Shown here one piece after another: positions 55,137 to 63,757 of a stretch of DNA of 64,000 nucleotides. Positions within the stretch are counted from its first letter, which is position 1. Every line of letters starts with the position of its first letter. Position numbers and translations under genes: made by a program. The notes beneath the pieces are model-generated. The model did not search any database. It was not told the origin of the DNA and worked only from the letters and a program-made list of their open reading frames with translations. This DNA is from an uncultured Acetobacteraceae bacterium. GTDB lineage: Bacteria > Actinomycetota > Thermoleophilia > Solirubrobacterales > Solirubrobacteraceae. The DNA is taken from positions 5,282-69,281 of the forward strand of contig CAZZYU010000002.1 in the NCBI GenBank assembly GCA_964658375.1, given 5' to 3'.

Positions 55137-56153
55137 CTAAGCCCGAGGATGGGAGCCGGCGTAGGCATGACGAAGGCGCTCGGACTCTACTCGAGTGTAA
55201 ACCTGCGTGGTCGAGATGCCGGCATGCCCCAGCAGCTCCTGAATCACCCGCAGGTCGGCGCCACCCTCAAGCAGATGGGTGGCAAACGAATGGCGCAGGG
55301 CGTGGGGATGGGCGCCGGCCAGCGCGGGAGCCGTGCGAGCCGCCAGCCGCGCCCAGGTCCGCAGCCGCCGACGCACGTCGGAGGTGCTCAGTCGCCGCCC
55401 GGATTTGGAGAGAAACAGCGGACCGCTGTGCGCGCTGTCGAGGGCCAGCGCCGGCCGGCCCGCCTGCAGGTAGCGCTCCAGCGCCGCCAGCGCGTGCTCA
55501 CCGACCGGGACCAGCCGGGTGCGGCCGCCCTTGCCCTCGATGCGGACGAGCTCGCCGTCGAAGTCCACCGACGACAGGTCGAGCGTCACGAGCTCCTCGG
55601 CGCGCAGTCCGGCCGCGTAGGCGAGCTCGTAGAGCGCGCGGTCGCGCAGCTCCAGCGGCGTCGTGGCCGGGATCCGGTCCAGCAGCGTCGCCACCTCGTT
55701 CGCCTTGAGCACGCGCGGCAGGCGCTGGGCGCGCTTGGGCGAGCTGAGCAGGTCCGCCGGGTTCTCGGCGCGGTGACCGAGCGCCATCTGCGCCGCGAAC
55801 AGGCCACGCAGCGACGCCAGCTTGCGCGCGACGGTGGTCGGCGCCTGGCCCTGCTCGGTCAGCGAGGCGGCGTAGCGGCGCAGCGCCCGGACGTCGACCG
55901 CCACCGGGGTCAGCGCGCGCGCCGTCGCCCAGCGGGCGAACTGCCCGGCATCGCCGGCGTAGGCGGTCAGGGTGCGCGCCGCGACCGCCCGGCGCCGCAG
56001 GTCGGACTCAAACGCGTCAAGCGCCGCCTGCCAGGCGGGGGCGATCGGCAGGGTCTCGGTCTCGGTCTCGGGCACCGGTTCACTATTCGCGCCGGCACGT
56101 GGAGAGCCTTCCCACCGCACTGACATCGCCGCAGGCGCCGTCGTCGCGATCAC
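55137..56153 (-). CDS. xerC: Site-specific tyrosine recombinase XerC
   Basis: Motifs AAGLRAEE, HALRHSFATHLL and LGHAGISTTQVYT, in the dprA...xerC context. The start may be ATG 56123 instead. Confidence 0.85.
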   Translation of the reverse strand: MIATTAPAAMSVRWEGSPRAGANSEPVPETETETLPIAPAWQAALDAFESDLRRRAVAARTLTAYAGDAGQFARWATARALTPVAVDVRALRRYAASLTEQGQAPTTVARKLASLRGLFAAQMALGHRAENPADLLSSPKRAQRLPRVLKANEVATLLDRIPATTPLELRDRALYELAYAAGLRAEELVTLDLSSVDFDGELVRIEGKGGRTRLVPVGEHALAALERYLQAGRPALALDSAHSGPLFLSKSGRRLSTSDVRRRLRTWARLAARTAPALAGAHPHALRHSFATHLLEGGADLRVIQELLGHAGISTTQVYTRVESERLRHAYAGSHPRA

Positions 56154-56163
56154 GCGGCCGGCC

Positions 56164-57843
56164 TCAGTCGCTCACGTCGACGAGCGCGCCGACCGGCGTG
56201 TACGGCCAGATCTTGGCGGCCGCGGCCATCGGCATCTCGACGCAGCCGTCTGATTGCGGGAAGCCGTAGGAGCCGCGGGGGTATTCGTGCAGCGCGTCGC
56301 CGCCGTTGAAGTAGCTCACCCATTTGATCCCGGGGTCTGAGTACTTGGACCCGTCGGGGTTGGTGCCCGACATCGTCGTCGTCACCAGGTGCTCGAACAC
56401 CGGGTAGGTGCCGAGCGCCGTGCCGCCGGCGGCGGACGTCCCGGTGTTGGCCGGGGTGGTGATGATCGTGTGGCCGTTGTGCCACAGCGTGGAGGTCTCG
56501 TCGGCGTCGGCCTCGTGGACCATCACGAACGAGTAGCCGAAGCTGCTCTTCTGATCATGGAGGGCCGCGTTGATCAGTGCCTTCCACACGACCGGACCGA
56601 GCACGCCGTCGGCGGTCAGATCATGGTCGGTCTCGAACATCATGATCGCCCCGCGGGTGATGACGCCGTCGTCGCCGGGCTGCCACTGGGACATGAGCTG
56701 CCCGGGGGTGTTGTGATAGCGCCAGACGAACCGGCCGGCCGGGGCGTGGACCGCGGCGTTCTCCTGATCGGCGACGGTGAGCCCGACGCGCGCGCCCGCG
56801 GGCTTGAAGACGACGGGCAGATAGCCGAGGTTTGCCAGCAGCTGCTGGGCGCGGGTCGTGGAGCCGCCGGGAACCGTCCAGGTGCCCGTGCTCGAGCTGC
56901 CGCTCTCGGTGCCGCCGCTGAGGCGAACCCCCGCGGGCAGCGCGATGCTGACCTTCGCGGCCAGACCGTAGCCGTAGCCCTCGGGGCGGAACACCAGCGC
57001 GTGGCTGGAGGTCTGATGCCAGCTCCCCTGCGTGGTCGGGGAGACCGGCGGCAGGTGGGAGCCCAGCGCCTGGGCGATCGGCTTGGAGAAGGTGAGCGTG
57101 ATCGGGGTTCCGGGCTTGATCTGCGTGCCGGGCGCCGGGCTGGCGACGGCGGTCGCCTTGGTCCCGGCGGGGAACCAGCTGATCGCGGTCGACTTGGAGG
57201 TCTCCCACGGTTGCACCTGAGCGGCGACGTCGGTCGTGCCGGCATCGGTGGCGTGCGGGAGGGTCACCACGCTGCGCGGTGAGGCGAACACGTGACGGGC
57301 GAGCCGGCCCGGCGGCCCGTAGGCGAGCACCCGGATCGGCTGCGTGAAGCGCAGGTGCAGCGCACCGCCGCGGGTGAGGGTCACGTAGCGCGAACGCAGG
57401 CTCGACACCGGCGTCCTGACCGTCTTGGTCAGGGTCTGGGTCCTGCCGGCCAGCCACGAGATCCAGCCCGGCCGTGAGACGACGACACGGACGGTGTAGG
57501 TGGCGCCGGCCGCGACCGTGTGGACGGGCACGATCTCATCACCGCCGGCGAGCTTGACCGCGACCAGCGAGTCGTTGCGGCCACCGACCACGCTGACGCT
57601 GCGCACCGACCCACCGCCGAGCGGCATCCCGATCTTGGCCAGCGCCGACGGGACCGCGCTCAGGCTCGCTCTCGCCGAGGCGAGGATGACCCCACCGGCG
57701 GCGAGCACGCAGACGATCGTGAGCACGAGACCGGCCGCGGCCCATCGCCCCCGCTGACGCCGGGGCGCCGAGTGCAGCCTGCCCGCCGATGATGCACGCG
57801 CACGCCCCCCGGCGGGCGTCCTCAGATAGGAGACGTTCGCCAC
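56164..57843 (-). CDS. L,D-transpeptidase (YkuD) family protein with N-terminal membrane anchor, Ig-like region and peptidoglycan-binding repeats
   Basis: GTG 57843. TM segment AAAGLVLTIVCVLAAGGVIL, PG-binding-like segments (TTRAQQLLANLGYLP; DLTADGVLGPVVWKAL), and YkuD catalytic end HEYPRGSYGFPQSDGCVEM. Confidence 0.85.
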   Translation of the reverse strand: MANVSYLRTPAGGRARASSAGRLHSAPRRQRGRWAAAGLVLTIVCVLAAGGVILASARASLSAVPSALAKIGMPLGGGSVRSVSVVGGRNDSLVAVKLAGGDEIVPVHTVAAGATYTVRVVVSRPGWISWLAGRTQTLTKTVRTPVSSLRSRYVTLTRGGALHLRFTQPIRVLAYGPPGRLARHVFASPRSVVTLPHATDAGTTDVAAQVQPWETSKSTAISWFPAGTKATAVASPAPGTQIKPGTPITLTFSKPIAQALGSHLPPVSPTTQGSWHQTSSHALVFRPEGYGYGLAAKVSIALPAGVRLSGGTESGSSSTGTWTVPGGSTTRAQQLLANLGYLPVVFKPAGARVGLTVADQENAAVHAPAGRFVWRYHNTPGQLMSQWQPGDDGVITRGAIMMFETDHDLTADGVLGPVVWKALINAALHDQKSSFGYSFVMVHEADADETSTLWHNGHTIITTPANTGTSAAGGTALGTYPVFEHLVTTTMSGTNPDGSKYSDPGIKWVSYFNGGDALHEYPRGSYGFPQSDGCVEMPMAAAAKIWPYTPVGALVDVSD

Positions 57844-58025
57844 TGCCGCGATGGTACTCAGCGGGCGCTCACCGACGTTTCGGTGGAGCTTCGAAACCCT
57901 GCTTCTGCACGCGAAGTTGCAGGGATCCTGTGCTCCGTTGCCACGGCTCTTGCAAACCGGCGAGGATCGGCGGCCCGCCGGGGCGACCCCAGCCCGCCGT
58001 CGACGGGCTCAGGGGTGGCGGCGGG

Positions 58026-58664
58026 CTACTGGCCCGCGGCGTCCAGAGGGGTCTGGGACGGGTCGCTTTCCCCCCGCCGGGCAGCGGATCGCATCCGGCC
58101 GCGCTCCCATTGCGCGAGGCGCCACAGGTCACGTTTGACGCGCGCGGGGTCCAGCTGACGGCCGGGGAGGTGCATGTTGGCGGTGGCGATCAGACGCCGC
58201 TCGTCGCCGGTGAGCGCCATCCACTTGGCGAGCACGTCGTCGGAGTCCGGCAGCCGCGCTGATCCGTACGGGCGCGTCTGATCGGGGAAGGTGACGCAGT
58301 ACTCGTTGAGCAGCCGATGAGTCTGGGGCAGGTACGCGACGATCGCCCGGTGGGGATAGACGAGATAGGCGTAGGCGGCCCCGCCCGCGTCACCGGGCGG
58401 CCCGGGTCCGTCTGACTGCGTGCCCCAGACCCGGATGAAGCCGAGGTCGCGGTACATCGCCCACTCCTCCGCGTTGACGCACGAGCGCAGCAGGACGCGG
58501 GCCCGCTGCTCGGCGCGGCGTTCGCGCCCGGGGTCGTACGGAATCGCGGGAGCGAGCCGGCGCCGCGCGCGAAACCGCGACCACAGCTCGTCGGCGCGGG
58601 GCAGCAGCTCCTCGGAGAGCAGCGCGACGGCCACCAGTGCGGTGGCGACGAGCGCCAGGACCAT
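58026..58664 (-). CDS. Hypothetical membrane-anchored protein
   Basis: 212-aa ORF with N-terminal TM helix MVLALVATALVAVALL followed by a soluble domain I do not recognise. GC3-rich. Confidence 0.6.
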   Translation of the reverse strand: MVLALVATALVAVALLSEELLPRADELWSRFRARRRLAPAIPYDPGRERRAEQRARVLLRSCVNAEEWAMYRDLGFIRVWGTQSDGPGPPGDAGGAAYAYLVYPHRAIVAYLPQTHRLLNEYCVTFPDQTRPYGSARLPDSDDVLAKWMALTGDERRLIATANMHLPGRQLDPARVKRDLWRLAQWERGRMRSAARRGESDPSQTPLDAAGQ

Positions 58665-58674
58665 GCCGAGCGGC

Positions 58675-58923
58675 CTACCGGCCCCCGGCGGCCCGCGGGA
58701 AGAAGATCACCCGGTCGGCGTCGCGCGGAACATCCTCGAAGGTGCGGACCATCTGTGCCTGGCGCCGGCCCCCGTCGTCGTGCATCGGGACCGCGGCCCA
58801 CAGCCCGGCCTCCAGCTGGCGGCGAAACTCCTCGACGAGCCGCAGCTCATCTTCGGCCAGCTCGACGTCGCCCTCGGCGATCAGCACCTCGCCGTGTCCT
58901 GGCTTCATCCGCAGAAACTGCAC
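58675..58923 (-). CDS. Hypothetical small protein
   Basis: 82 codons from GTG 58923 (alternative ATG at 58908). Third codon positions are mostly G/C. Lies 10 nt upstream of the next gene. Confidence 0.5.
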   Translation of the reverse strand: MQFLRMKPGHGEVLIAEGDVELAEDELRLVEEFRRQLEAGLWAAVPMHDDGGRRQAQMVRTFEDVPRDADRVIFFPRAAGGR

Positions 58924-58929
58924 CGATGG

Positions 58930-58938
58930 ATTATGTCA
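58930..58938 (-). promoter_or_regulatory. Candidate extended -10 (minus-strand TGACATAAT) placed for a leaderless transcript at GTG 58923
   Basis: AT-rich island catgacataatccatcg in the 28-nt gap after thiD. The hexamer ends 6 nt before GTG 58923, and no SD is present. Confidence 0.35.
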
Positions 58939-58951
58939 TGCCGGGCGAGGC

Positions 58952-59785
58952 TCACCCCCGGGTCCCGAGCACGTCGACCGGCCCCGGCCCCCGCCCCACC
59001 TCGGCCAGACCATCGCGGACCGCCTGGGCCGCCCGGCGCTTGGCCACTCGGGCGGCGGTCAGCGGAGAGTCCCCCAGCGCCAGGCGCGCCGCCAGCACCG
59101 CGGAGTGGGTGCAGCCGGAACCGTGCGCGGCCCCGTCGGGGTAGCGCTCGCCGGGGATCGGCACGACGCGCGTGCCGTCGAAGAACAGGTCGGTGGCCTC
59201 GTCGCGGTGACCTCCGGTGACGACCACGTAGCGCGGGCCGAGCCGGTGGATCGCCCGCGCCAGCGCCGCGGCGTCGTCGGCTCCGTCGTCGTCGGCGTCG
59301 GCTCCGTCATGGGCGTCGGCGAGCGACCGGGCCTCGGGCAGGTTCGGGGTCAGGACGGTCACCTTGGGTAGCAGCCGGGTCACGAGCGCCGTCCGCGCCG
59401 CGGGCTCCAGCAGCGGTGCGCCGGACTCCGAGACCATCACCGGGTCAAGCACGACGGGCGGCCCACCGCCGTCGCGCTCGCCCAGCTCCTCGAGCGCCTG
59501 CGCGACCGCCTCGATCGTGGCCACGGTGCCGAGCATCCCGATCTTCACCGCGTCGACGCCGATGTCGCGCGCCACCGCCCGCACCTGGGCGAGGATCATC
59601 TCGGGCGCGACGGCGTCGATCGCGTCGACGCCGACCGTGTTCTGGGCGGTGATCGCGGTGACGGCGGTCATCCCGTGCACGCCGCTGGCGGCGAACGCCT
59701 TCAGGTCGGCCTGGATGCCCGCGCCCCCGCCCGAGTCCGAGCCGGCGATCGACAGCACACAGCGGATGCGGCGAGCGTCGTCCAT
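58952..59785 (-). CDS. thiD: Hydroxymethylpyrimidine/phosphomethylpyrimidine kinase
   Basis: Motifs [28 protein letters not shown], and GSGCTHSA near the C-terminus. Confidence 0.9.
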   Translation of the reverse strand: MDDARRIRCVLSIAGSDSGGGAGIQADLKAFAASGVHGMTAVTAITAQNTVGVDAIDAVAPEMILAQVRAVARDIGVDAVKIGMLGTVATIEAVAQALEELGERDGGGPPVVLDPVMVSESGAPLLEPAARTALVTRLLPKVTVLTPNLPEARSLADAHDGADADDDGADDAAALARAIHRLGPRYVVVTGGHRDEATDLFFDGTRVVPIPGERYPDGAAHGSGCTHSAVLAARLALGDSPLTAARVAKRRAAQAVRDGLAEVGRGPGPVDVLGTRG

Positions 59786-59808
59786 CGCGGTGTGAGCCTA
59801 CTGTCCGC

Positions 59809-60894
59809 TCACCAGCGCACCGAGTACCGGCCGCCCGCGCCGCGGCGCACCATTCCGGCCAGCTCGAGCGAGGCCAGCGCGGCCAGCCCTCCGTCGGCAT
59901 CCAGACCCGCTCGGGCACACGCGACGGCCGCCTCCTCCCCGTCGGCGATCGCGTCCAACAGCGCCGTCAGCTGGGGATCCAGCGCCGCCCGTCGCCGCGC
60001 CGGAGCCGGCACCGCGCCGGCCCCGTAGAGCGAGTCGAGCACGTCCTGGGCTCCGCCGATCAGCTGCGCCCCGGCCGCCAGCAGCGCGTGAGGCCCGGCC
60101 GACAACGGCGAGGTGATCGGGCCGGGCACCGCGCCGATCGATCGCCCGAGACGGCCCGCCCACCCGGCGGTGAGCAGCGCGCCCGAGCCGCTGCGCGCCT
60201 GGACGACGACCGTCAACGCGCTCAGCGCCGCGATGATCCGGTTGCGGGCGGGGAACATCCATCGGCGCGGCACGACTCCGGGGCCGAGCTCGGAGACGAT
60301 CACGCCCCGCTCGCGGATGCGCGCGTGCAGCCTCCGGTGCGCCGCGGGATATGGCCGGTCGGCGCCCCCCGGCAGGACCGCCACCGTGCCGCCGCCGCCG
60401 TCCAACGCGCCCTGATGGGCGACCGCGTCGATGCCCAGCGCCATCCCGCTCACGACGGTCACCCCCGCGGCGGCCAGCTCCGCCGAGAGCGATCGTCCGA
60501 CCTGCAGGCCGTAGGCGGAGGCCCGTCGCGCGCCCACGATCGCCACCGGCTCCTCGCCCGCCAGCTCGGTGAGCCGCTCCAGCCCGCCGACGACGTGGAG
60601 CATCGCCGGCGGCGCCGGCAGCTCGCGCAGCGACGCGGGATAGACGGGATGACAGCGGCAGATCGCCTCCAGCCCGGCGTCCCCGCCGCGCTCGCCCAGC
60701 GCGACGGGATCCAGCTGCTGCGCCGCGCCTCGCAGCGCGTCGCGATCCTCGCCGCCGACAGCCTCGATCAACTCGTCGTCGGGCAGCGCCAGCAGCGCGT
60801 CGATCCGGCTGCGCGCGGTATCCAGATGCCCGGCGAGCGCTTCGAGCAGCCAGGTGCGCCGACGGCACGGATCGCACGCCCAGACGGTGGTCAC
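59809..60894 (-). CDS. dprA: DNA-processing protein DprA
   Basis: Rossmann-like core VAIVGARRASAYG...VVSGMALGIDAVAHQGAL...FPARNRIIAALS. Confidence 0.9.
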   Translation of the reverse strand: MTTVWACDPCRRRTWLLEALAGHLDTARSRIDALLALPDDELIEAVGGEDRDALRGAAQQLDPVALGERGGDAGLEAICRCHPVYPASLRELPAPPAMLHVVGGLERLTELAGEEPVAIVGARRASAYGLQVGRSLSAELAAAGVTVVSGMALGIDAVAHQGALDGGGGTVAVLPGGADRPYPAAHRRLHARIRERGVIVSELGPGVVPRRWMFPARNRIIAALSALTVVVQARSGSGALLTAGWAGRLGRSIGAVPGPITSPLSAGPHALLAAGAQLIGGAQDVLDSLYGAGAVPAPARRRAALDPQLTALLDAIADGEEAAVACARAGLDADGGLAALASLELAGMVRRGAGGRYSVRW

Positions 60895-62411
60895 GACACC
60901 GCCAGCGCGTCGGGGATCGACCGTTGACGGAGGCTCAGCGCGAGCAGCACGTCCTCGCGCGCCACCGGATCGCGGCCGGCGAGATCGGCGATCGTGCGCG
61001 CCACCCGGAGGATGCGATGACGCCCGCGCGCGCTCAGCATCCCGGCGGCGTAGGCGCGCCCGAGCTCGGTCTCGGCGTCCTCGTCCAGCCGCACCCCGAT
61101 CCGCACCTGGCGCGCGTCCATCTCGCCGTTACAGCGGGCGCCGGTCCCCCGCAGCCGGGCGTGCTGGCGCTCCCGGGCCAGCGTGACCCGTTCTGACCCC
61201 TGCGCCGAGCTCATGTGGGGCGCGCCCCGCAGCTCGGCGTCCGATGGCCGGCGGACGTCGACGAGCAGGTCGATGCGATCAAGCAGCGGACCGCTCAGCC
61301 GCCGGTGATGGCGGCGCAGCTCCGCCTCCCCACAGGTACAGCGCTCATCGACCCCGGCATACCCGCACGGGCACGGGTTGGTGGCCGCGACGAGCATGAA
61401 CCGGGTCGGGAACTCCAGCGAGCGCTGGCCGCGCACGATCGTCACCTGACCGTCCTCCAGCGGCTGGCGCAGCGCGTCGAGCGCCGGCCGCGCGAACTCC
61501 GACAGCTCGTCGAGGAAGAGCACGCCCTGGTGGGCGAGCGTCGCCTCTCCGGGCCGCGGCGGCGAGCCGCCGCCGGCCAGCCCCGCCACCGAGATCGAGT
61601 GGTGGGGGGCGCGGAACGGCCGCGTCTGCATCAACCCGTCACCGTGCAGGCCGGCGATGCTGTGGATCCGCGTCACCTCGATCGCCTCGCTGCGCGTGAG
61701 CGGCGGCAGAATCGAGGGCAGCCGTCGGGCGAGCATCGTCTTGCCGGTTCCCGGCGCGCCCTCCATCAGCAGGTTGTGACCGCCCGCGGCGGCGATCTGC
61801 AGCGCCAGCAGCGGCACCTCCTGACCGCGGACATCGGCGAGGTCGGGCTGCGCCACCGCGGGTCGCGCGGGCGCGACGCGCTCGGGCAGCGGCGGCGCGG
61901 CCTCGCCGCCGAGCACCGCCGCCGCCATGCGCAGGCTCTCCACCGCGACGATCGGCAGACCCTGGATCAGCGCCGCCTCGCGCCCGCGTTGGCGCGGGAC
62001 GAACAGGCGCGCGCACCCGGCGCGCCGCGCACCCTCGGCCACCGCGAGGGCGCCGGGCAGGTCACGCAGGTCACCCGCGAGCGACAGCTCACCGAACATC
62101 GCGCATCCCTCGAGGCTCTCGATCGGGACCTGGCCGCTGGCCGCCAGCAGCGCGAGCGCCAGCGCGGCGTCAAACCCGGGGCCGGCCTTGCGCAGCGACG
62201 CCGGCGCGAGGTTGGCGGTGATCCGACGGTCGGGGAACTGAAATCCGGAGTTGAGGATCGCCGAGCGGATGCGGTCACGCGACTCCCGCACGGCGGTGTC
62301 GCCGAGGCCGACGATCGTGAACGAGGGCAGGCCGCTGCGGATGTCGACCTCGACCCACACCTGGCGCGGCTGGACGCCGTCGATGGCGAATGTCGTGACC
62401 TGAGCGAGCAC
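60891..62411 (-). CDS. comM: YifB/ComM family Mg-chelatase-like AAA+ ATPase
   Basis: GTG 62411. N-terminal Lon-like domain (VEVDIRSGLPSFTIVGL), Walker A MEGAPGTGKT, and LFLDELSEF. Confidence 0.9.
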   Translation of the reverse strand: MLAQVTTFAIDGVQPRQVWVEVDIRSGLPSFTIVGLGDTAVRESRDRIRSAILNSGFQFPDRRITANLAPASLRKAGPGFDAALALALLAASGQVPIESLEGCAMFGELSLAGDLRDLPGALAVAEGARRAGCARLFVPRQRGREAALIQGLPIVAVESLRMAAAVLGGEAAPPLPERVAPARPAVAQPDLADVRGQEVPLLALQIAAAGGHNLLMEGAPGTGKTMLARRLPSILPPLTRSEAIEVTRIHSIAGLHGDGLMQTRPFRAPHHSISVAGLAGGGSPPRPGEATLAHQGVLFLDELSEFARPALDALRQPLEDGQVTIVRGQRSLEFPTRFMLVAATNPCPCGYAGVDERCTCGEAELRRHHRRLSGPLLDRIDLLVDVRRPSDAELRGAPHMSSAQGSERVTLARERQHARLRGTGARCNGEMDARQVRIGVRLDEDAETELGRAYAAGMLSARGRHRILRVARTIADLAGRDPVAREDVLLALSLRQRSIPDALAVS

Positions 62412-62413
62412 CT

Positions 62414-62548
62414 CCGGAACGCTACGTGCGATCGGGTCACACGTGGGTCACGGATCGTGCCAATTGTGGTTCATTTCCAGGGCGAATTGGCACACAATCG
62501 TGACGTTGCGCGACCCCCACGTGACGGGATCGTCCGTAGCGTTCTCGG
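62414..62548. repeat. ~135-bp imperfect palindrome filling the comM/yraN divergent gap
   Basis: Outer arms GAACGCTACG (62417-62426) / CGTAGCGTTC (62535-62544). Two CACGTG cores (62440-62445, 62518-62523) lie in similar GTCAC..GTGGG contexts. Inner 9-bp stem is GTGCCAATT (62457-62465) / AATTGGCAC (62485-62493). GC is locally lower. Confidence 0.7.
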
Positions 62549-62549
62549 C

Positions 62550-62924
62550 ATGGAGATCGACCCCCGCCGGCGGCTGGGCATGACCGGCGAGCGCCTGGCC
62601 GCCGAGCACCTGGAGCGTCTGGGCTACACGATCGTCGACCGCAACTACCGCACGCGCTGGGGCGAGCTTGACCTGATCGCCCATGGCCGCGATCGGCTGG
62701 TGTTCGTCGAGGTCAAGACGCGTCGCGTGAGCGCCCGCGCCGGCTCGCCGTTTGAGGCGGTGGACCCCCGCAAGCAGGCCCAGGTGCGGCGCATCGCGGC
62801 CGGGTGGCTGGCCCGCGTGAGCGACCGCCCCCACGCGCGGCAGCTTCGCTTCGACGTGATCGGGGTGACCGTCGACGGGGCGGGGCGCCTTGAGTCACTT
62901 GAGCATCGGGAGGGGGTGTTCTAG
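62550..62924 (+). CDS. yraN: YraN family (UPF0102) endonuclease-like protein
   Basis: 124 codons from ATG 62550: GERLAAEHLERLGYTIVDRNYRTRWGELDLIAHGRDRLVFVEVKTRR...FEAVDPRKQAQVRRIAAGWL...RFDVIGV. GC3-rich on the plus strand, whereas the minus-strand ORF 62448..62834 is not protein-like. Confidence 0.85.
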   Translation: MEIDPRRRLGMTGERLAAEHLERLGYTIVDRNYRTRWGELDLIAHGRDRLVFVEVKTRRVSARAGSPFEAVDPRKQAQVRRIAAGWLARVSDRPHARQLRFDVIGVTVDGAGRLESLEHREGVF

Positions 62925-63757
62925 AGCGCGAGCTGCGTGTAGGCCGTGGACTGAAACGACATCCGGTGAAGCGGCGAGACCCCGAGGCGCTCGATCGCCT
63001 CCCGATGCTCGGGGGTGGAGTAGCCGACGTGGGTGGCGAACTCCCAGCCGGGATGGGCGGCGTCGGCGCGGCGCATGTACCGATCGCGCGTCTCCTTGGC
63101 GAGCACCGAGGCGGCGGCGATCGCCGCGCTCTTGGCGTCGCCGCCGACCACGGCGCGCTGCTCATGATCCAGGCGGGCGACCGGGAAGCCGTCGCTGAGG
63201 CACAGGCAGCCGTCGACGGCCACGTTGGCCAGCGCGTCACGCAGCGCGGCGAGGTTGGTCCGGTGCAGGCCGCGGACGTCGATGCCGGGGGCACAGCGGC
63301 TGACGATCGAGACCCGGGCGGCGAGCGACAGGATCACCGGATACAGCGCGGCCCGGCCCTCGGGACTCTGCTGCTTTGAGTCGTTGAGCGAGCCGAGCGC
63401 GCGGGCCTGCGCCGGCCCGATCCGCTCGAGGTCGAGCAGGACCGCGGCGGCGACCAGCGGACCGGCCAGGCAGCCGCGGCCCGCCTCGTCGGCGCCGGCC
63501 ACGAAGCGCACCCCCAGCCCGCGGTCAAAGCTCAGCAGCTTGCGGCCGGGTCGGCCCGAGCGCTTGCCCGCCCGGCGTGCCCCTGCGCCCCGCTCGCCCG
63601 CTCCCCGCCCGTCCGCGTCCCGCTCCCCGGCGCGCAGCTCGGCGACCGGCTCAGAGGGTGCCGACGCGATCCGGGGGCCAGTAGGTGAAGAAGGCGTCCC
63701 CGATGATCCATTTCTGGGGAACGGGACCCCAGAACCGGCTGTCGTCGGAGTAGTCAC
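62921..63757 (-). CDS. rnhB: Ribonuclease HII
   Basis: Core VAGADEAGRGCLAGPLVAAAV, NDSKQQSP and GGDAKSAAIAAASVLAKETRD. The only canonical start that keeps the conserved LLSFDRGLG segment is ATG 63757, which gives a low-complexity N-terminal extension. Confidence 0.85.
   Translation of the reverse strand: MTTPTTAGSGVPFPRNGSSGTPSSPTGPRIASAPSEPVAELRAGERDADGRGAGERGAGARRAGKRSGRPGRKLLSFDRGLGVRFVAGADEAGRGCLAGPLVAAAVLLDLERIGPAQARALGSLNDSKQQSPEGRAALYPVILSLAARVSIVSRCAPGIDVRGLHRTNLAALRDALANVAVDGCLCLSDGFPVARLDHEQRAVVGGDAKSAAIAAASVLAKETRDRYMRRADAAHPGWEFATHVGYSTPEHREAIERLGVSPLHRMSFQSTAYTQLAL

Noticed and set aside
57844-58025. c-di-AMP (ydaO-type) riboswitch upstream of the L,D-transpeptidase gene
   Set aside because: The context would fit, but I could not find the characteristic ACGGGG/GAAUC/CCGA pseudo-symmetric core. 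It is kept only as an unclassified structured leader.
59786-59808. TPP riboswitch upstream of thiD
   Set aside because: Only 23 nt separate thiD from the dprA stop, which is no room for a ~100-nt aptamer.
61215-62549. First 445 codons of the 569-aa plus-strand ORF ending at 62924
   Set aside because: It is antisense to comM. Only the last 124 codons (from ATG 62550) show YraN homology and lie outside comM.
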